Below, in pieces: positions 32,202 to 41,653 of a stretch of DNA of 64,000 nt (positions are counted from its first letter, which is position 1; each line of letters begins with the position of its first letter). The stretch spans positions 4,800,001 to 4,864,000 of the forward strand of contig OZ244065.1 in the NCBI GenBank assembly GCA_965215505.1. The letters are read 5' to 3'. Both the position numbers and the translations under genes were made by a program. This stretch comes from Capsulimonadaceae bacterium. Lineage in GTDB: Bacteria; Armatimonadota; Armatimonadia; Armatimonadales; Capsulimonadaceae. The notes below the pieces were generated by a model that was not told the origin of the DNA, ran no database searches, and was given only the letters and a program-made list of their open reading frames with translations.

Positions 32202-32894
32202 TTACTTTCCGGGGAGGCCCAATATGCCTGCCAGTTCCCCGAGCGACCCGATCACATAACCCGGCTCCCCCGCCAGACCCTCCGGCCACGGGTGCCCACG
32301 GTGCAGCCAGGCGGCTTTCATGCCCGCCGCCTGCGCGCCTAGAACGTCTACAGCGGGGTTGTCGCCGACGAACAATATCTTGTCGGGCGGGACGCCCAGA
32401 TGGGACGCGGCGGCCTCGAAGATGGCGCGGGCGGGCTTCTTGCCGCCGAAGGTTTCGGACACGAACAGGCAGTCGGTGCGGCGCGTCAGCCCCAATCTCT
32501 CGATCTTGCGCCCCTGGCGGGCCGATCCGTTGGTGATGACGCCGAAGGGCAGGCCGGCGGCGGCCAGGGCGTCGAGCAGGGTTTCCGTCTCGGCCTCGGG
32601 GGTGATGTGGGCAATGAACTCGTCGAAGAAGACGTCAACGGACCGGGCGGGGACATCGGGCAGGGCGGGGTACAGGGCGTGAAGCCGCTCGAAGATGGCC
32701 GCCTTGGAGCCGTAGCCGTCGGCGTCCATCTCGGTGATCAGGGCGCGGACGCGGCGGGCTTCGCCTGCGTCCGTCAGGCGCAGGGTGTCCCGCAGGTAGG
32801 CGTCGGCCCACCGCCCGAAGGCGGCTTCTCGGTCGTACAGTGTGTTGTCCAGGTCGAACAGGACGGCATCAAAGGGGCGCGGGATTGGGGTCAT
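32202..32894 (-). CDS. HAD-superfamily hydrolase (subfamily IA)
   Basis: VLFDLDNTL, ITNG, KP and FVGDNPAVDVLGA motifs; the start may extend to 32942 or 32945, which would couple it to the upstream stop. Confidence 0.92.
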   Translation of the reverse strand: MTPIPRPFDAVLFDLDNTLYDREAAFGRWADAYLRDTLRLTDAGEARRVRALITEMDADGYGSKAAIFERLHALYPALPDVPARSVDVFFDEFIAHITPEAETETLLDALAAAGLPFGVITNGSARQGRKIERLGLTRRTDCLFVSETFGGKKPARAIFEAAASHLGVPPDKILFVGDNPAVDVLGAQAAGMKAAWLHRGHPWPEGLAGEPGYVIGSLGELAGILGLPGK

Positions 32895-32941
32895 GGGCGT
32901 CTTTCTCGCGGTCCAGCCCCTTGTACCCACTTGCGGGCGCA

Positions 32942-33475
32942 TCACCTGCCCGGCGCGATCTTACGCAGCTCGCGCCGGACCACGGCGTTGCCCGGATAGC
33001 CGTAGGCGGTGAAGCGGACGCCGCCGTCCGGGCCGATGATGACGAGGGTGGGGACGTGATGGACGCGGTAGCGGGCGGAAACCCGGCCCCCGGCGTCGAG
33101 CAGGACCGGGAACGGCACGGTGCTTCCCGTGCGGCGGGCGAACTCGGACAGCCGCGTCCCGTCCACGCTGACGGCGGCTAGGCGGAAGTTCAGCTCCTCC
33201 TGACGGCCCGCCAGCTCCTCCAGCGATGGCATCTCGGCCTTCCAGGTGTCGCACCAGAACGCCCAGAAGTTCAGTATCAGGATATGCCCTTTGTAGTCTT
33301 CCAGATGGACGGGCCGCCCCTGCACGTCCGGCAGGACGAAGGAAGGTGCTTGACTGCCGACGGGCGGCCCGTTCGGCGGCTGGGCGCGCGCTGACCCGAT
33401 GGCACACAGGAGCAGACCCAGCACCATGTAGGGGCGGGGTCCCCCCGCCCTCTTTATCCCTTCTGCTTCTTTCAT
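32942..33475 (-). CDS. Exported TlpA/ResA-like redoxin with a single-cysteine WCDTW active site
   Basis: APSFVLPDVQG, LNFWAFWCDTWKAEMP and the cis-Pro motif VPT; ATGA-coupled to the macroglobulin stop. Confidence 0.88.
   Translation of the reverse strand: MKEAEGIKRAGGPRPYMVLGLLLCAIGSARAQPPNGPPVGSQAPSFVLPDVQGRPVHLEDYKGHILILNFWAFWCDTWKAEMPSLEELAGRQEELNFRLAAVSVDGTRLSEFARRTGSTVPFPVLLDAGGRVSARYRVHHVPTLVIIGPDGGVRFTAYGYPGNAVVRRELRKIAPGR
33428..33452. repeat. GTAG-type REP inside the predicted 5' end of the redoxin gene
   Basis: gtaggggcggggtccccccgccctc, identical to 31471-31495. Confidence 0.85.
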
Positions 33476-36400
33476 GGCCGTTCCCCGATCTTCGCGCGGA
33501 CCAGTCCGCTGTTGCCCCGGATTTCGGGGAAGTAGGTCAAGGAGGCCAGGCCCGGCAGGACCTGGTACGCGCCCGGCGTCTCGGCGCGCAGGCGGTAGGT
33601 CAGCCGCGTGCGACCTTTGGGCAGGCTGTCGAAGAAGAAGGCCACGCGGTCGTCGCGTACCTCCTGGCGCGCGTAGCCCGCCGCCCCCTCGGACGAGTCC
33701 AGGGGGTAGCTGCCGTCCTCGTTGCCGCCGGGCGCGACCTCGCACCCGGCGGGGATGGGGTCCTCGATCTGGACATAGCGGTAGTCGGCGTCGGCGGTGA
33801 TTTCCACCTGCACGTCCATCTCGGACCCGGAAGGCTGGGTGTCTGCCTGCGACGGGTCTTCCGCCGACACGCGGTAGACGCGGCGGACGGCCAGCCCGTG
33901 GCTCTGCGGAAGGGCCTGGGCGGGCGGCAGGGTGGAGGCGACGACGCGGCTGACATAGAGGGTGCCCGACCCGGACTTGTCCACGGTGAGGACGCGATGC
34001 CCGGCAAGTTGGGCGGGCGTCAGGGTCAGCGTCAGGGGCGCGTCATACACGCTCCCGGCCGTGGCCGTCAGGCCGGGGAGCGCCGCGCCGTCGAGGGCGA
34101 CGCGGGCCGTGAAGTTGGGCGACAATTCGCCCGTCGTTCCCAGATACTTCGCCAGGGCGAGGACCGCCTCGGCGGTCGTCCGCGTCGTCCCCCAGGCGTT
34201 CCCCTGACGGTTCCCCATCAGCCAGCGCACGGCGGAAACCAGAACGGCGTCATGCGGCCGGACTGCCAGCAGGGCGCGCAGGACATGAGCGGTGACGGCG
34301 GCGTTGTCGCCGCGCCAGCTATAACCGCCCTCCTCGTCGGTCCAGAAGGCCAGGCGGCCCCGGATGGTGGCCTTGTCCGCCAGACCACGCGCGATGATCT
34401 GCGCCTGCGCCGTGCCGCCGGTCTGGGCCAGCGCGAGGCACAGCGACGCCTGCCCGTAGACGTCCAGGTGGTCCCGCTTGGCGAAGGCTTCTTGCAGGAG
34501 CTTGGCTGCGGCCTTCGGGTCCGCGTCCGAGAGGGCCAGCAGCCAGTCCGCCCGGCGGCCCATCTCCCGCTCCCCGGCCAGCAGGTGTTCCAGGCTCCCT
34601 GCCCCGCGCAAGATGCGCTGGTCATCCACCAGGTAGCCCGCGCGCCGGGCGGCGACCAGCCCGGACAGGACGTAGGCCGTCATGTCGCCGTCGGTCTGGT
34701 CGCCCTCCCACCAGTTCCAGCCGCCGTCCGCGTGCTGGTAGCGGTACAGCCGTTGCAGGCCCAGGTTGACCTGCCTGCCCAGCGCCGCCGGGGGCAGGGG
34801 CCTCGTACTGCGCTGCCCCAGGGCCTGGGCGACGGCGACATCGGGCAGGAACGAACTCATGGTCTGCTCCGCGCAGCCGTAGGGGTAGGAGGTCAGATAA
34901 TCCAGGGCGGGGAACAGCGCCGAGGCCAGGGAGGGGGACAGCGTGAGTGTGACCGTGGCATCGGGCGGTAGGGCGCTCAGGTCGAGGCTGTCATGCCCCG
35001 ACGGGTCCGCAAGTGTCGCCGCCGTCGCCGTCACCATCTTCAGGCCCGGCGCCTGGGTGGGCAGCGTCGTCTCGGTCGCGTCCTGCGCCCCCGCCCCGCC
35101 GTCCGCCGTGACCGTGAACCGGACAGGCCCCGTGACCGTCGCCCGCCAGTCCAGCCGCTCCTGCCCGCCCGCCACGATCTGCACCGTGCGCGCCGCGTCC
35201 CCCGTCACCGTCGCCCCCGAGACGCCCAGGGCGACGTGGACCGTCCGCGCCGTGCCCGAGTAGTTCTGGACGATGGCCGAGACGACGGCCTGGTCCCCCT
35301 GGATGTAGAACCGGGGCAGGGCCAGCCGGACCAGCAGGGGCATCGTCGAAACCGCCTCCGCCGTCGCGCTGCCGACCGCCGTCTGGGCCGTGACCCCGCG
35401 CGCCGTCGCCCGCCAGGTGGTCAGGTTGTCCGGCAGGGCGAACGAAACGCGCGCCGTGCCGTCGGCGTCGGTCACGACGAAGGGGTTCCAGTAGGCGGTG
35501 TCGGCGAAGTTGCGCCGGACCCGGATGGCCTCGGCGGGGGGCGGCGCTCCGGGCGCGGGCGCACGCGGCACGGTCTGGTAGGCCCCGCCGCTGTACTGAG
35601 CGGCGAACGAGAACTCCGTCTGGATTCGGACATCCTGACCGCCGTAGAAGACGCTTTCGGGGTCCGGGGCCGCGTCGGGCGCGAGGGCATAAATACTCGC
35701 GTCCACGACGCCGAGCGACAACTCGGCTGGCACGGGCCGGCCTTTGTAGTCCCGCGTGGTGACGACGTAGCCCGCCGTCTCGCCGGGGTGGTAGCTCCCC
35801 TTGTCCGAGGCCACCGTGATGGACAGCTTCTGCTCCCGGCGCACGACCGAAAGCCGCACCTGCTGTTCGTAGACCTGGTGGTCCTGGACGACGGCGACGT
35901 TGACGCTGACCGAGGGGAACTCGCGGTCCGAAAGCGGCACCCGGATCAGCGTCGAGCGCCGGGTCAGGTGCAGCCGCTCGTGACGCCCCAGCCGCTCGCC
36001 TTCCACGGTCACCAGCGCGTAGGCGTCCGGCCGGGCGGCATGGGCGGGGTCGCCGTGGTCGGCGGCGCGGGCGGGCCTTTTGACCAGGGACGTGTTCAGC
36101 AGGATCGTCGCCGTCTCCCCCGGCGCATATTCCGCCTTGCCCGCGACCAGGGCCAGCGTGGGGAATTCGGCCTCGGCGGCCTCCTCCTCCCCGGCCACCC
36201 AGACCGAGCCGTCGGCGGCGACCTTGTCGTCCTGGGCGTCGAACGCCGACGCTTCCAGGCGTAGGTCGCCCGGACGCGGCGATGAAAAAGAAACCGTCCC
36301 CACCCCCGCCGCGTCCGTGTGGATGTCGCGGGGCGTCACGACTTCCTGGGGCCGGTGCAGGCGGTCATACTTGGTTTCGATCAGCCGGACCCGGACGAAG

Positions 36401-37851
36401 GCCGGGACCGGCCTGCCGTCATAGTCCAGGCTGTGGACCGTCACCAGCACCCGCTCGCCCGCCCGGTAGACCTCCTTGTCGGTTTCCAGAGACAGCCGGA
36501 ACAGGCCCGCCGCGACCAGCGTACTGCCGCCCCCGCTCTGGCTGCGGCGGCTCAGGTCCGTGACCGTGGCGCGCACGGAGAGCGTCCGGTCTGCGGTCCG
36601 CTTCTGCGTCGCGATGTCCAGGTGCAGGTGCCCCTGCGCATCCGTGGTGCCCGACCCGTCGTAGGCCGGCTCGGCGTCCGGCCCGTCGAACTCGATGTGG
36701 TAGGCCACCGGGGCGCCGGCGACCGGCTGGCCGAAGTAGTAGCGGGCGGTGATGTCCACGGGCACCTTGGACCCGCCCAAATAGTGCGGCAGGCCGAACG
36801 CGGCGGCGACGGTCATCTCGGGCTTGCGGTAGGCTTCCACGTCGAACGCGCCGTAGTAGCGGTGTTCGCCGAGGACGACGACCGTTTGCCAGTGCCCCAG
36901 GGTCGGCTCCGAGGCGAGCTGGAAGCTGCCCGCCAGCGACCCCGCCGCGTTTGTCGTCACGGTCTGCCGGGACAGCAGGGCGTCGGTGGCGTCCCGCACC
37001 TCCACGACGACCGGCTTGCCCGCCAGCGGCTGGAGCGAGACGCCGCCCGGCACGGCGGCCGGAGTGCGCGTCCGGATGACGGCCTTGTACTGGACGGTCT
37101 GGCCGGGCCGGTAGATGGGCCGGTCGGTGACCGGGTAGACGCTGTACGGGTCCGGCGCGGGCGGCAGGGAGGCCAGGGCGAAGGCAGGGTCGCCCGCCCG
37201 CCCGCCGTAGACCCACACGGCGTCCGGCCACGGCGCGGGGAACTGGCAGACGCCGTCCGCGTCCGTCATCACTTTGCCCCGCGCTCCGCGCCCGTCGTAG
37301 ACCGTCAAGGCCAGGCCCGGCAGTGGCCGCCCCGTCTGGGCGTCCGTGGCCGACACCAATGTCTCCTGCCGGGACCGCTTCGCCAGCAGGGCGACGTCGG
37401 TGATGTCCAGCCACGTCCGCTTCTCCACACCCGGCGCGCGGGCCGCGATGAGGTAGACGCCCGGCATCAGGCGCGGCAGCGTCACCGCCCGCTCGGCCCA
37501 CTGGTCCGGGTAGGTCTTGCCGACCGGGAAGCGCCAGGAGGCGGCGACCCGCAGGCCCGCTAGGGGGAGCGCCTTCAAAGTCTTGCCGAAGTCCGTCAGC
37601 CCCGCGCTGTTCTTCACCACGGCCGGCAGGTCCATCCGGTAGGCCGTGAACTGGGCCGAGGCGATGTTGTAGGCACTGAGCCGGACCTGCACTTTTTCGC
37701 CCGGCACATACGCCCGTCGGTAGATGTAGACGTCAAGGTTCGGTTTGCTCGCCCTGTGCGGAGCGGCAGGGGCGGCGGCCCGTGCAAACGTCAGGGGCAG
37801 CAGCAGCGCGGCGAGAGTCCATCGGCGAATGGCGTGGGCGGTTTCTTTCAT
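33472..37851 (-). CDS. Bacterial alpha-2-macroglobulin family protein
   Basis: Signal peptide; TDRPIYRPGQ, VRRNFADTAYW, LPDNLTTWR, thioester motif YPYGCAEQ, YQHADGGW and the C-terminal MG domain. Confidence 0.95.
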   Translation of the reverse strand: MKETAHAIRRWTLAALLLPLTFARAAAPAAPHRASKPNLDVYIYRRAYVPGEKVQVRLSAYNIASAQFTAYRMDLPAVVKNSAGLTDFGKTLKALPLAGLRVAASWRFPVGKTYPDQWAERAVTLPRLMPGVYLIAARAPGVEKRTWLDITDVALLAKRSRQETLVSATDAQTGRPLPGLALTVYDGRGARGKVMTDADGVCQFPAPWPDAVWVYGGRAGDPAFALASLPPAPDPYSVYPVTDRPIYRPGQTVQYKAVIRTRTPAAVPGGVSLQPLAGKPVVVEVRDATDALLSRQTVTTNAAGSLAGSFQLASEPTLGHWQTVVVLGEHRYYGAFDVEAYRKPEMTVAAAFGLPHYLGGSKVPVDITARYYFGQPVAGAPVAYHIEFDGPDAEPAYDGSGTTDAQGHLHLDIATQKRTADRTLSVRATVTDLSRRSQSGGGSTLVAAGLFRLSLETDKEVYRAGERVLVTVHSLDYDGRPVPAFVRVRLIETKYDRLHRPQEVVTPRDIHTDAAGVGTVSFSSPRPGDLRLEASAFDAQDDKVAADGSVWVAGEEEAAEAEFPTLALVAGKAEYAPGETATILLNTSLVKRPARAADHGDPAHAARPDAYALVTVEGERLGRHERLHLTRRSTLIRVPLSDREFPSVSVNVAVVQDHQVYEQQVRLSVVRREQKLSITVASDKGSYHPGETAGYVVTTRDYKGRPVPAELSLGVVDASIYALAPDAAPDPESVFYGGQDVRIQTEFSFAAQYSGGAYQTVPRAPAPGAPPPAEAIRVRRNFADTAYWNPFVVTDADGTARVSFALPDNLTTWRATARGVTAQTAVGSATAEAVSTMPLLVRLALPRFYIQGDQAVVSAIVQNYSGTARTVHVALGVSGATVTGDAARTVQIVAGGQERLDWRATVTGPVRFTVTADGGAGAQDATETTLPTQAPGLKMVTATAATLADPSGHDSLDLSALPPDATVTLTLSPSLASALFPALDYLTSYPYGCAEQTMSSFLPDVAVAQALGQRSTRPLPPAALGRQVNLGLQRLYRYQHADGGWNWWEGDQTDGDMTAYVLSGLVAARRAGYLVDDQRILRGAGSLEHLLAGEREMGRRADWLLALSDADPKAAAKLLQEAFAKRDHLDVYGQASLCLALAQTGGTAQAQIIARGLADKATIRGRLAFWTDEEGGYSWRGDNAAVTAHVLRALLAVRPHDAVLVSAVRWLMGNRQGNAWGTTRTTAEAVLALAKYLGTTGELSPNFTARVALDGAALPGLTATAGSVYDAPLTLTLTPAQLAGHRVLTVDKSGSGTLYVSRVVASTLPPAQALPQSHGLAVRRVYRVSAEDPSQADTQPSGSEMDVQVEITADADYRYVQIEDPIPAGCEVAPGGNEDGSYPLDSSEGAAGYARQEVRDDRVAFFFDSLPKGRTRLTYRLRAETPGAYQVLPGLASLTYFPEIRGNSGLVRAKIGERP

Positions 37852-38474
37852 CGTGCGGTTTCCTTCATGCGGACATCGCGGATCGCGAACCACTGCACCG
37901 GGGCGGTCGACCCGGCCCCCGCCCGGATGCGTCCCCAGAGCGGCAGGTTCTCCCGGCGGGCGGTTTCGCCGGACAGGACCACGCCCCAGCGGTCGCCGTT
38001 CTTGACGGCCAGGCCCTCGCGCACGGGGTCCAGCCGGGCGGCATCGGCGGCCGTGATGGGGCGCGGGCGGCTGACGAAGCTGACGATCAAAGTCAGGTGG
38101 GACAGCTCGGCGGGCCGAAGCGGCGGGAAGCGGCGGTCATGCCCCGCCGCCGCGACCGCGCCGGCGATGATCTCCTCGGCGGCATCAGGCTGGGTCGGGT
38201 ACAGACTCCCCATGCAGCAGCGCGGCGACCCGTCCGCCCGCATGGCGCTGACGAACACGGCGGCCGGCTCTCGGAACAGGACGGGCAGCGGACGGGGCGG
38301 CTCGATGACCTCCCGCCGCAGGGCGTAGGCGTCGAACGCCCGGCGGGCGAGGGCGAGGGCGGCGCGCTGCGCCGCCGGGTCCGCCCAGCGCGGGTCGTCG
38401 GCCTGTCCCTGCGCCCCGGCGGGGCAGGGCAGGGCGGTCAGGACCAAGAGCAGCAGCGGTAATAGACTACGCAT
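37848..38474 (-). CDS. AMMECR1-domain protein with an N-terminal signal peptide
   Basis: AVFVS...PRCCMGSLYP, AVAAAGHDRRFPPLRPAEL, GLAV...GVVL; the N-terminus MRSLLPLLLLVLTALPCPAGA looks like a Sec signal. Confidence 0.85.
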   Translation of the reverse strand: MRSLLPLLLLVLTALPCPAGAQGQADDPRWADPAAQRAALALARRAFDAYALRREVIEPPRPLPVLFREPAAVFVSAMRADGSPRCCMGSLYPTQPDAAEEIIAGAVAAAGHDRRFPPLRPAELSHLTLIVSFVSRPRPITAADAARLDPVREGLAVKNGDRWGVVLSGETARRENLPLWGRIRAGAGSTAPVQWFAIRDVRMKETAR

Positions 38475-38480
38475 GTCGTC

Positions 38481-38509
38481 AGTATAGCACGAACCTTCAA
38501 GGTAGTCAA
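38481..38509 (-). promoter_or_regulatory. Near-consensus sigma70 promoter of the AMMECR1/macroglobulin operon, probably leaderless
   Basis: Minus strand: TTGACT, 17-bp spacer ending TGc, TATACT, then 6 nt to the ATG; no RBS. Confidence 0.8.
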
Positions 38510-38755
38510 CATCGCTGAGACGCGGCCCGCAAATAATTTTTCCGGCGCAGGGAGGATAACACCGTCAAGTCACCGAACAGGCAGGCAGCGCCTCGAAAAC
38601 CCTGACGCATCACGCGCCGGACCGTGTCCTAAACCTCCCGCAAAACTTTTTTCACGAAAACCGAACCGTTTCCCGCCTCGCATTCGTACTAGCACCAAAG
38701 GCACCTTCCTGTCCCGGCACTCGCCGGACCGACCTCGCTCCACCCCAACACCGCC

Positions 38756-40351
38756 ATGATCGCTTCTATTGCCAGCAAGCCAAGTGTAAGCCAGCCCGAA
38801 ACGCCCGCCGCCGTCCTGAAGGACGGGTTCGAGTGGGTTGACCTGGAAGACGTCAAGCCGAGCGAGGCCGCCCTCCGGCTCGCGCCCGGCGACTTCGCGC
38901 TCAAACAGCAGGTGCTTCCCCTTGAAATCGAGGGGGAAGTGCTGGTCGTCGCCATCGGGGCACCCGAGTCGCTGGCCGCCGCCGACGACCTGGGCGTCCT
39001 GCTGCACATGCCGACGCGCGCCGTGCTGGCCTCCCCCATACTGGTGCGGGAGAAGATCGAGGAGATCTTCCTCGAACGCATTCTGGCGGGCCTGCCCGGT
39101 CAGAACGAGGAAGGCGGGCTGTCCGCCGACATTGACGAAACCACGGACCTTGCCGACCTGCAAAAAATGGCGGGCGAAACCGCCGTGGTCCAGATGGTCA
39201 ACCTGATCTTCGCCCAGGCCGTCCGGGACGGGGCCAGCGATGTCCATGTGGAGCCTTACGAGCGCGAGGTCAAGATCCGCTACCGGGTGGACGGGATGCT
39301 GCGCGACATCATGAGTCCGCCCAAGCGGATGCACGCCGCCCTGGTCTCGCGCCTCAAGATTCTGGGCGAGATGAACATCGCGGAGCGCCGCCTGCCCCAA
39401 GACGGCCGCATCCGCATCGTCATCGCCGGGCGCAACGTGGACGTGCGCGTCTCCATCGTGCCCACCGTCTACGGCGAGCGGGCCGTCATGCGTATCCTGG
39501 ACAAAGGGACGGCGATGCTCGGCCTGGAAGAGCTTGGGATGCGCCCCGACACCCTAGAGCGGTTCCGGAGCATGATCCGCGTCCCCTACGGCGTCATCCT
39601 GGCGACCGGCCCGACCGGCTCGGGCAAGTCCACGACGCTCTATGCCGCTCTGCAAGAGATCTGGTCGGCCACGACCAACATCCTGACCATCGAGGACCCC
39701 GTCGAGTACCAGGTCAAGGGCATCGGCCAGATTCAGGTCCGGCCCCAGATCGGGCTGACCTTCGCCAACGGCCTGCGCTCCATCGTCCGCCAGGACCCGG
39801 ACATCATCATGGTCGGCGAGATCCGCGACCACGAGACGGCGGAGATCGCCATCCAGGCCGCCCTGACCGGTCACCTCGTCTTCAGCACCCTGCACACCAA
39901 CGACGCGCCCGGCGCGGTGACCCGCCTGCTGGACATGGGCGTCGAGCCGTACCTCGTCGCCTCCTCGCTCACCGGCACGGTCGCGCAGCGGCTCGTCCGG
40001 CGCGTCTGCCCCTTCTGCGCCGTGCCGTCCGCGCCCGATGCGCCTTCGTTAGAGGCGCTGGGCATCACGCCCGCCGACTGGCCCGGCGAGGTGCCCTTCC
40101 GCGAGGGGCGCGGCTGCGACAAGTGCCTGCACACCGGCTACAAGGGGCGTGTCGGCCTCTACGAGCTGTTCCTGGCCGACGAGGCGATCCGCCGCATGAC
40201 CGTGGACCGGGCCGCCTCGTCCGCCATGAAAGAACGGGCCATCAAGGACCAGGGAATGCGGACACTGCTGGGCGACGGCAAGCTCGCCGTGCTGGCCGGG
40301 AAGACGACGCCCGAGGAAGTGATGCGCGTCTGCGCGCGGGAGTCGTATTAA
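38756..40351 (+). CDS. gspE: Type II secretion ATPase GspE/PilB
   Basis: ASDVHVEP, RLPQDGRI, TGPTGSGKST, TIEDPVE, RQDPDIIMVGEIRD, STLHTN and two CxxC pairs. Confidence 0.93.
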   Translation: MIASIASKPSVSQPETPAAVLKDGFEWVDLEDVKPSEAALRLAPGDFALKQQVLPLEIEGEVLVVAIGAPESLAAADDLGVLLHMPTRAVLASPILVREKIEEIFLERILAGLPGQNEEGGLSADIDETTDLADLQKMAGETAVVQMVNLIFAQAVRDGASDVHVEPYEREVKIRYRVDGMLRDIMSPPKRMHAALVSRLKILGEMNIAERRLPQDGRIRIVIAGRNVDVRVSIVPTVYGERAVMRILDKGTAMLGLEELGMRPDTLERFRSMIRVPYGVILATGPTGSGKSTTLYAALQEIWSATTNILTIEDPVEYQVKGIGQIQVRPQIGLTFANGLRSIVRQDPDIIMVGEIRDHETAEIAIQAALTGHLVFSTLHTNDAPGAVTRLLDMGVEPYLVASSLTGTVAQRLVRRVCPFCAVPSAPDAPSLEALGITPADWPGEVPFREGRGCDKCLHTGYKGRVGLYELFLADEAIRRMTVDRAASSAMKERAIKDQGMRTLLGDGKLAVLAGKTTPEEVMRVCARESY

Positions 40352-40360
40352 GCCTCCTGC

Positions 40361-40386
40361 GTAGGGGCGAACCTCGTGTTCGCCCT
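40361..40386. repeat. GTAG-type REP palindrome between gspE and gspF
   Basis: gtaggggcgaacctcgtgttcgccct. Confidence 0.8.
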
Positions 40387-40430
40387 TCCTTCGACTTCGT
40401 TCCCCTCCCAGCTCGTTAGGAACCCGGCAG

Positions 40431-41651
40431 ATGCCCCAGCAGACATTCGCATATACCGCCCTCGACGCCACCGGCGCGCGCCGGGCCGGGGCCATCGAGG
40501 CCGAAAGCCGCGAGGCCGCCGTCGCGCGGCTGGCCGGGGAAGGGCGCTTCGTGCTGGAGATCGGCGCGGCCGACCGCCGCGCCCAGCCGGAACCGGGCGC
40601 GGCCCGCAGCGGCAAGCAGCCCTCCCGGCAAGATCTGGCCCTCTTCACGCGCCGATTGGCAGACCTCGCCTCGGCGGGCCTGCCCCTGGACCGCGTATTA
40701 CAGGTCGTCGCCGACCAGTCCGAGAGCGGGGCTTTGAAGCGCATCTCCGAGGAGGCCCTGACCGATGTGCGCTCGGGTATGCCGATCTCCCAGGCCCTGG
40801 CGAAGCACCCGAAGTACTTCAACAGCGTCTTCACGCAGACCCTGCGGGCCGGTGAGGCCAGCGGCCAGTTTGGGGAGGTGGCGAGCCGGCTGGCCGACTA
40901 CCAGGAGAAGGAAGTCACGCGGCGCGGCCAGGTCACCAGCGCCCTGGTCTACCCTGGCGTGCTGGCGACGACCTCGCTGGGCGTTATCATCTTCCTGATT
41001 ACATTCGTGCTCCCGCGCCTTTCGGGTGTATTCGCCGAGATGGGGGACGACTTGCCGATGACCACGAAGGCGCTTTTGGGAGCGTCCTCGTTCGTGACGC
41101 AGAACTGGATCGTTTTGGTCCTCCTCATCGGCGGCGTGACCGTCGGGGTGCGCGCCTGGCTCGCCACGGCTGCCGGGGCCGAGTCGCGCGACCGCTTCCT
41201 GCTGGCCGCGCCGGTCATCGGCCCGGTCGTCCAGAAGGCGACCATCTCCCGCTTCGCCCGCGTCCTCGGAACGCTGGTCTACGGCGGCGTCCCGATCTTG
41301 GAGGCCCTGGAGATCGCCGGGCTGTCGGCCAGCAACCGCGTCTTCCTCCGCAGCGCCCAGGCCGTGGAGGGCGAAGTCCGGGCGGGCCGGGCCATCGCCG
41401 AGGCGATGCGCGACGCTGGCGGCTTCCCGCCCGTGCTGACCCACATGGTCGGGGTCGGCGAGGAGATCGGCGACCTGCCCAAGATGCTCGGGCGCGTCGC
41501 CGACAGCCTGGACTTTGAAGTGGATACCGGCATCCGCCGCCTGGTCGCCCTGGTCGAGCCGGTGATCGTGCTGTCCATGGGGACTGTCGTTGGCTTCGTC
41601 GTCCTGTCAGTGCTCCTGCCCATCTATCAGGCGCAGAATTTGGTCAAATAA
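40431..41651 (+). CDS. gspF: Type II secretion inner-membrane platform protein GspF/PilC
   Basis: FTRRLADL, AGEASG, ALVYP, VGEEIGDL, LVEP and three TM segments. Confidence 0.93.
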   Translation: MPQQTFAYTALDATGARRAGAIEAESREAAVARLAGEGRFVLEIGAADRRAQPEPGAARSGKQPSRQDLALFTRRLADLASAGLPLDRVLQVVADQSESGALKRISEEALTDVRSGMPISQALAKHPKYFNSVFTQTLRAGEASGQFGEVASRLADYQEKEVTRRGQVTSALVYPGVLATTSLGVIIFLITFVLPRLSGVFAEMGDDLPMTTKALLGASSFVTQNWIVLVLLIGGVTVGVRAWLATAAGAESRDRFLLAAPVIGPVVQKATISRFARVLGTLVYGGVPILEALEIAGLSASNRVFLRSAQAVEGEVRAGRAIAEAMRDAGGFPPVLTHMVGVGEEIGDLPKMLGRVADSLDFEVDTGIRRLVALVEPVIVLSMGTVVGFVVLSVLLPIYQAQNLVK

Positions 41652-41653
41652 GT

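Noticed and set aside
33240-33260. Selenocysteine in the redoxin active site
   Set aside because: The codon is TGG, not TGA, and the frame is open.
38520-38755. Riboswitch (for example c-di-GMP) upstream of gspE
   Set aside because: I could not match the conserved aptamer elements by eye; an Rfam/Infernal scan would settle it.
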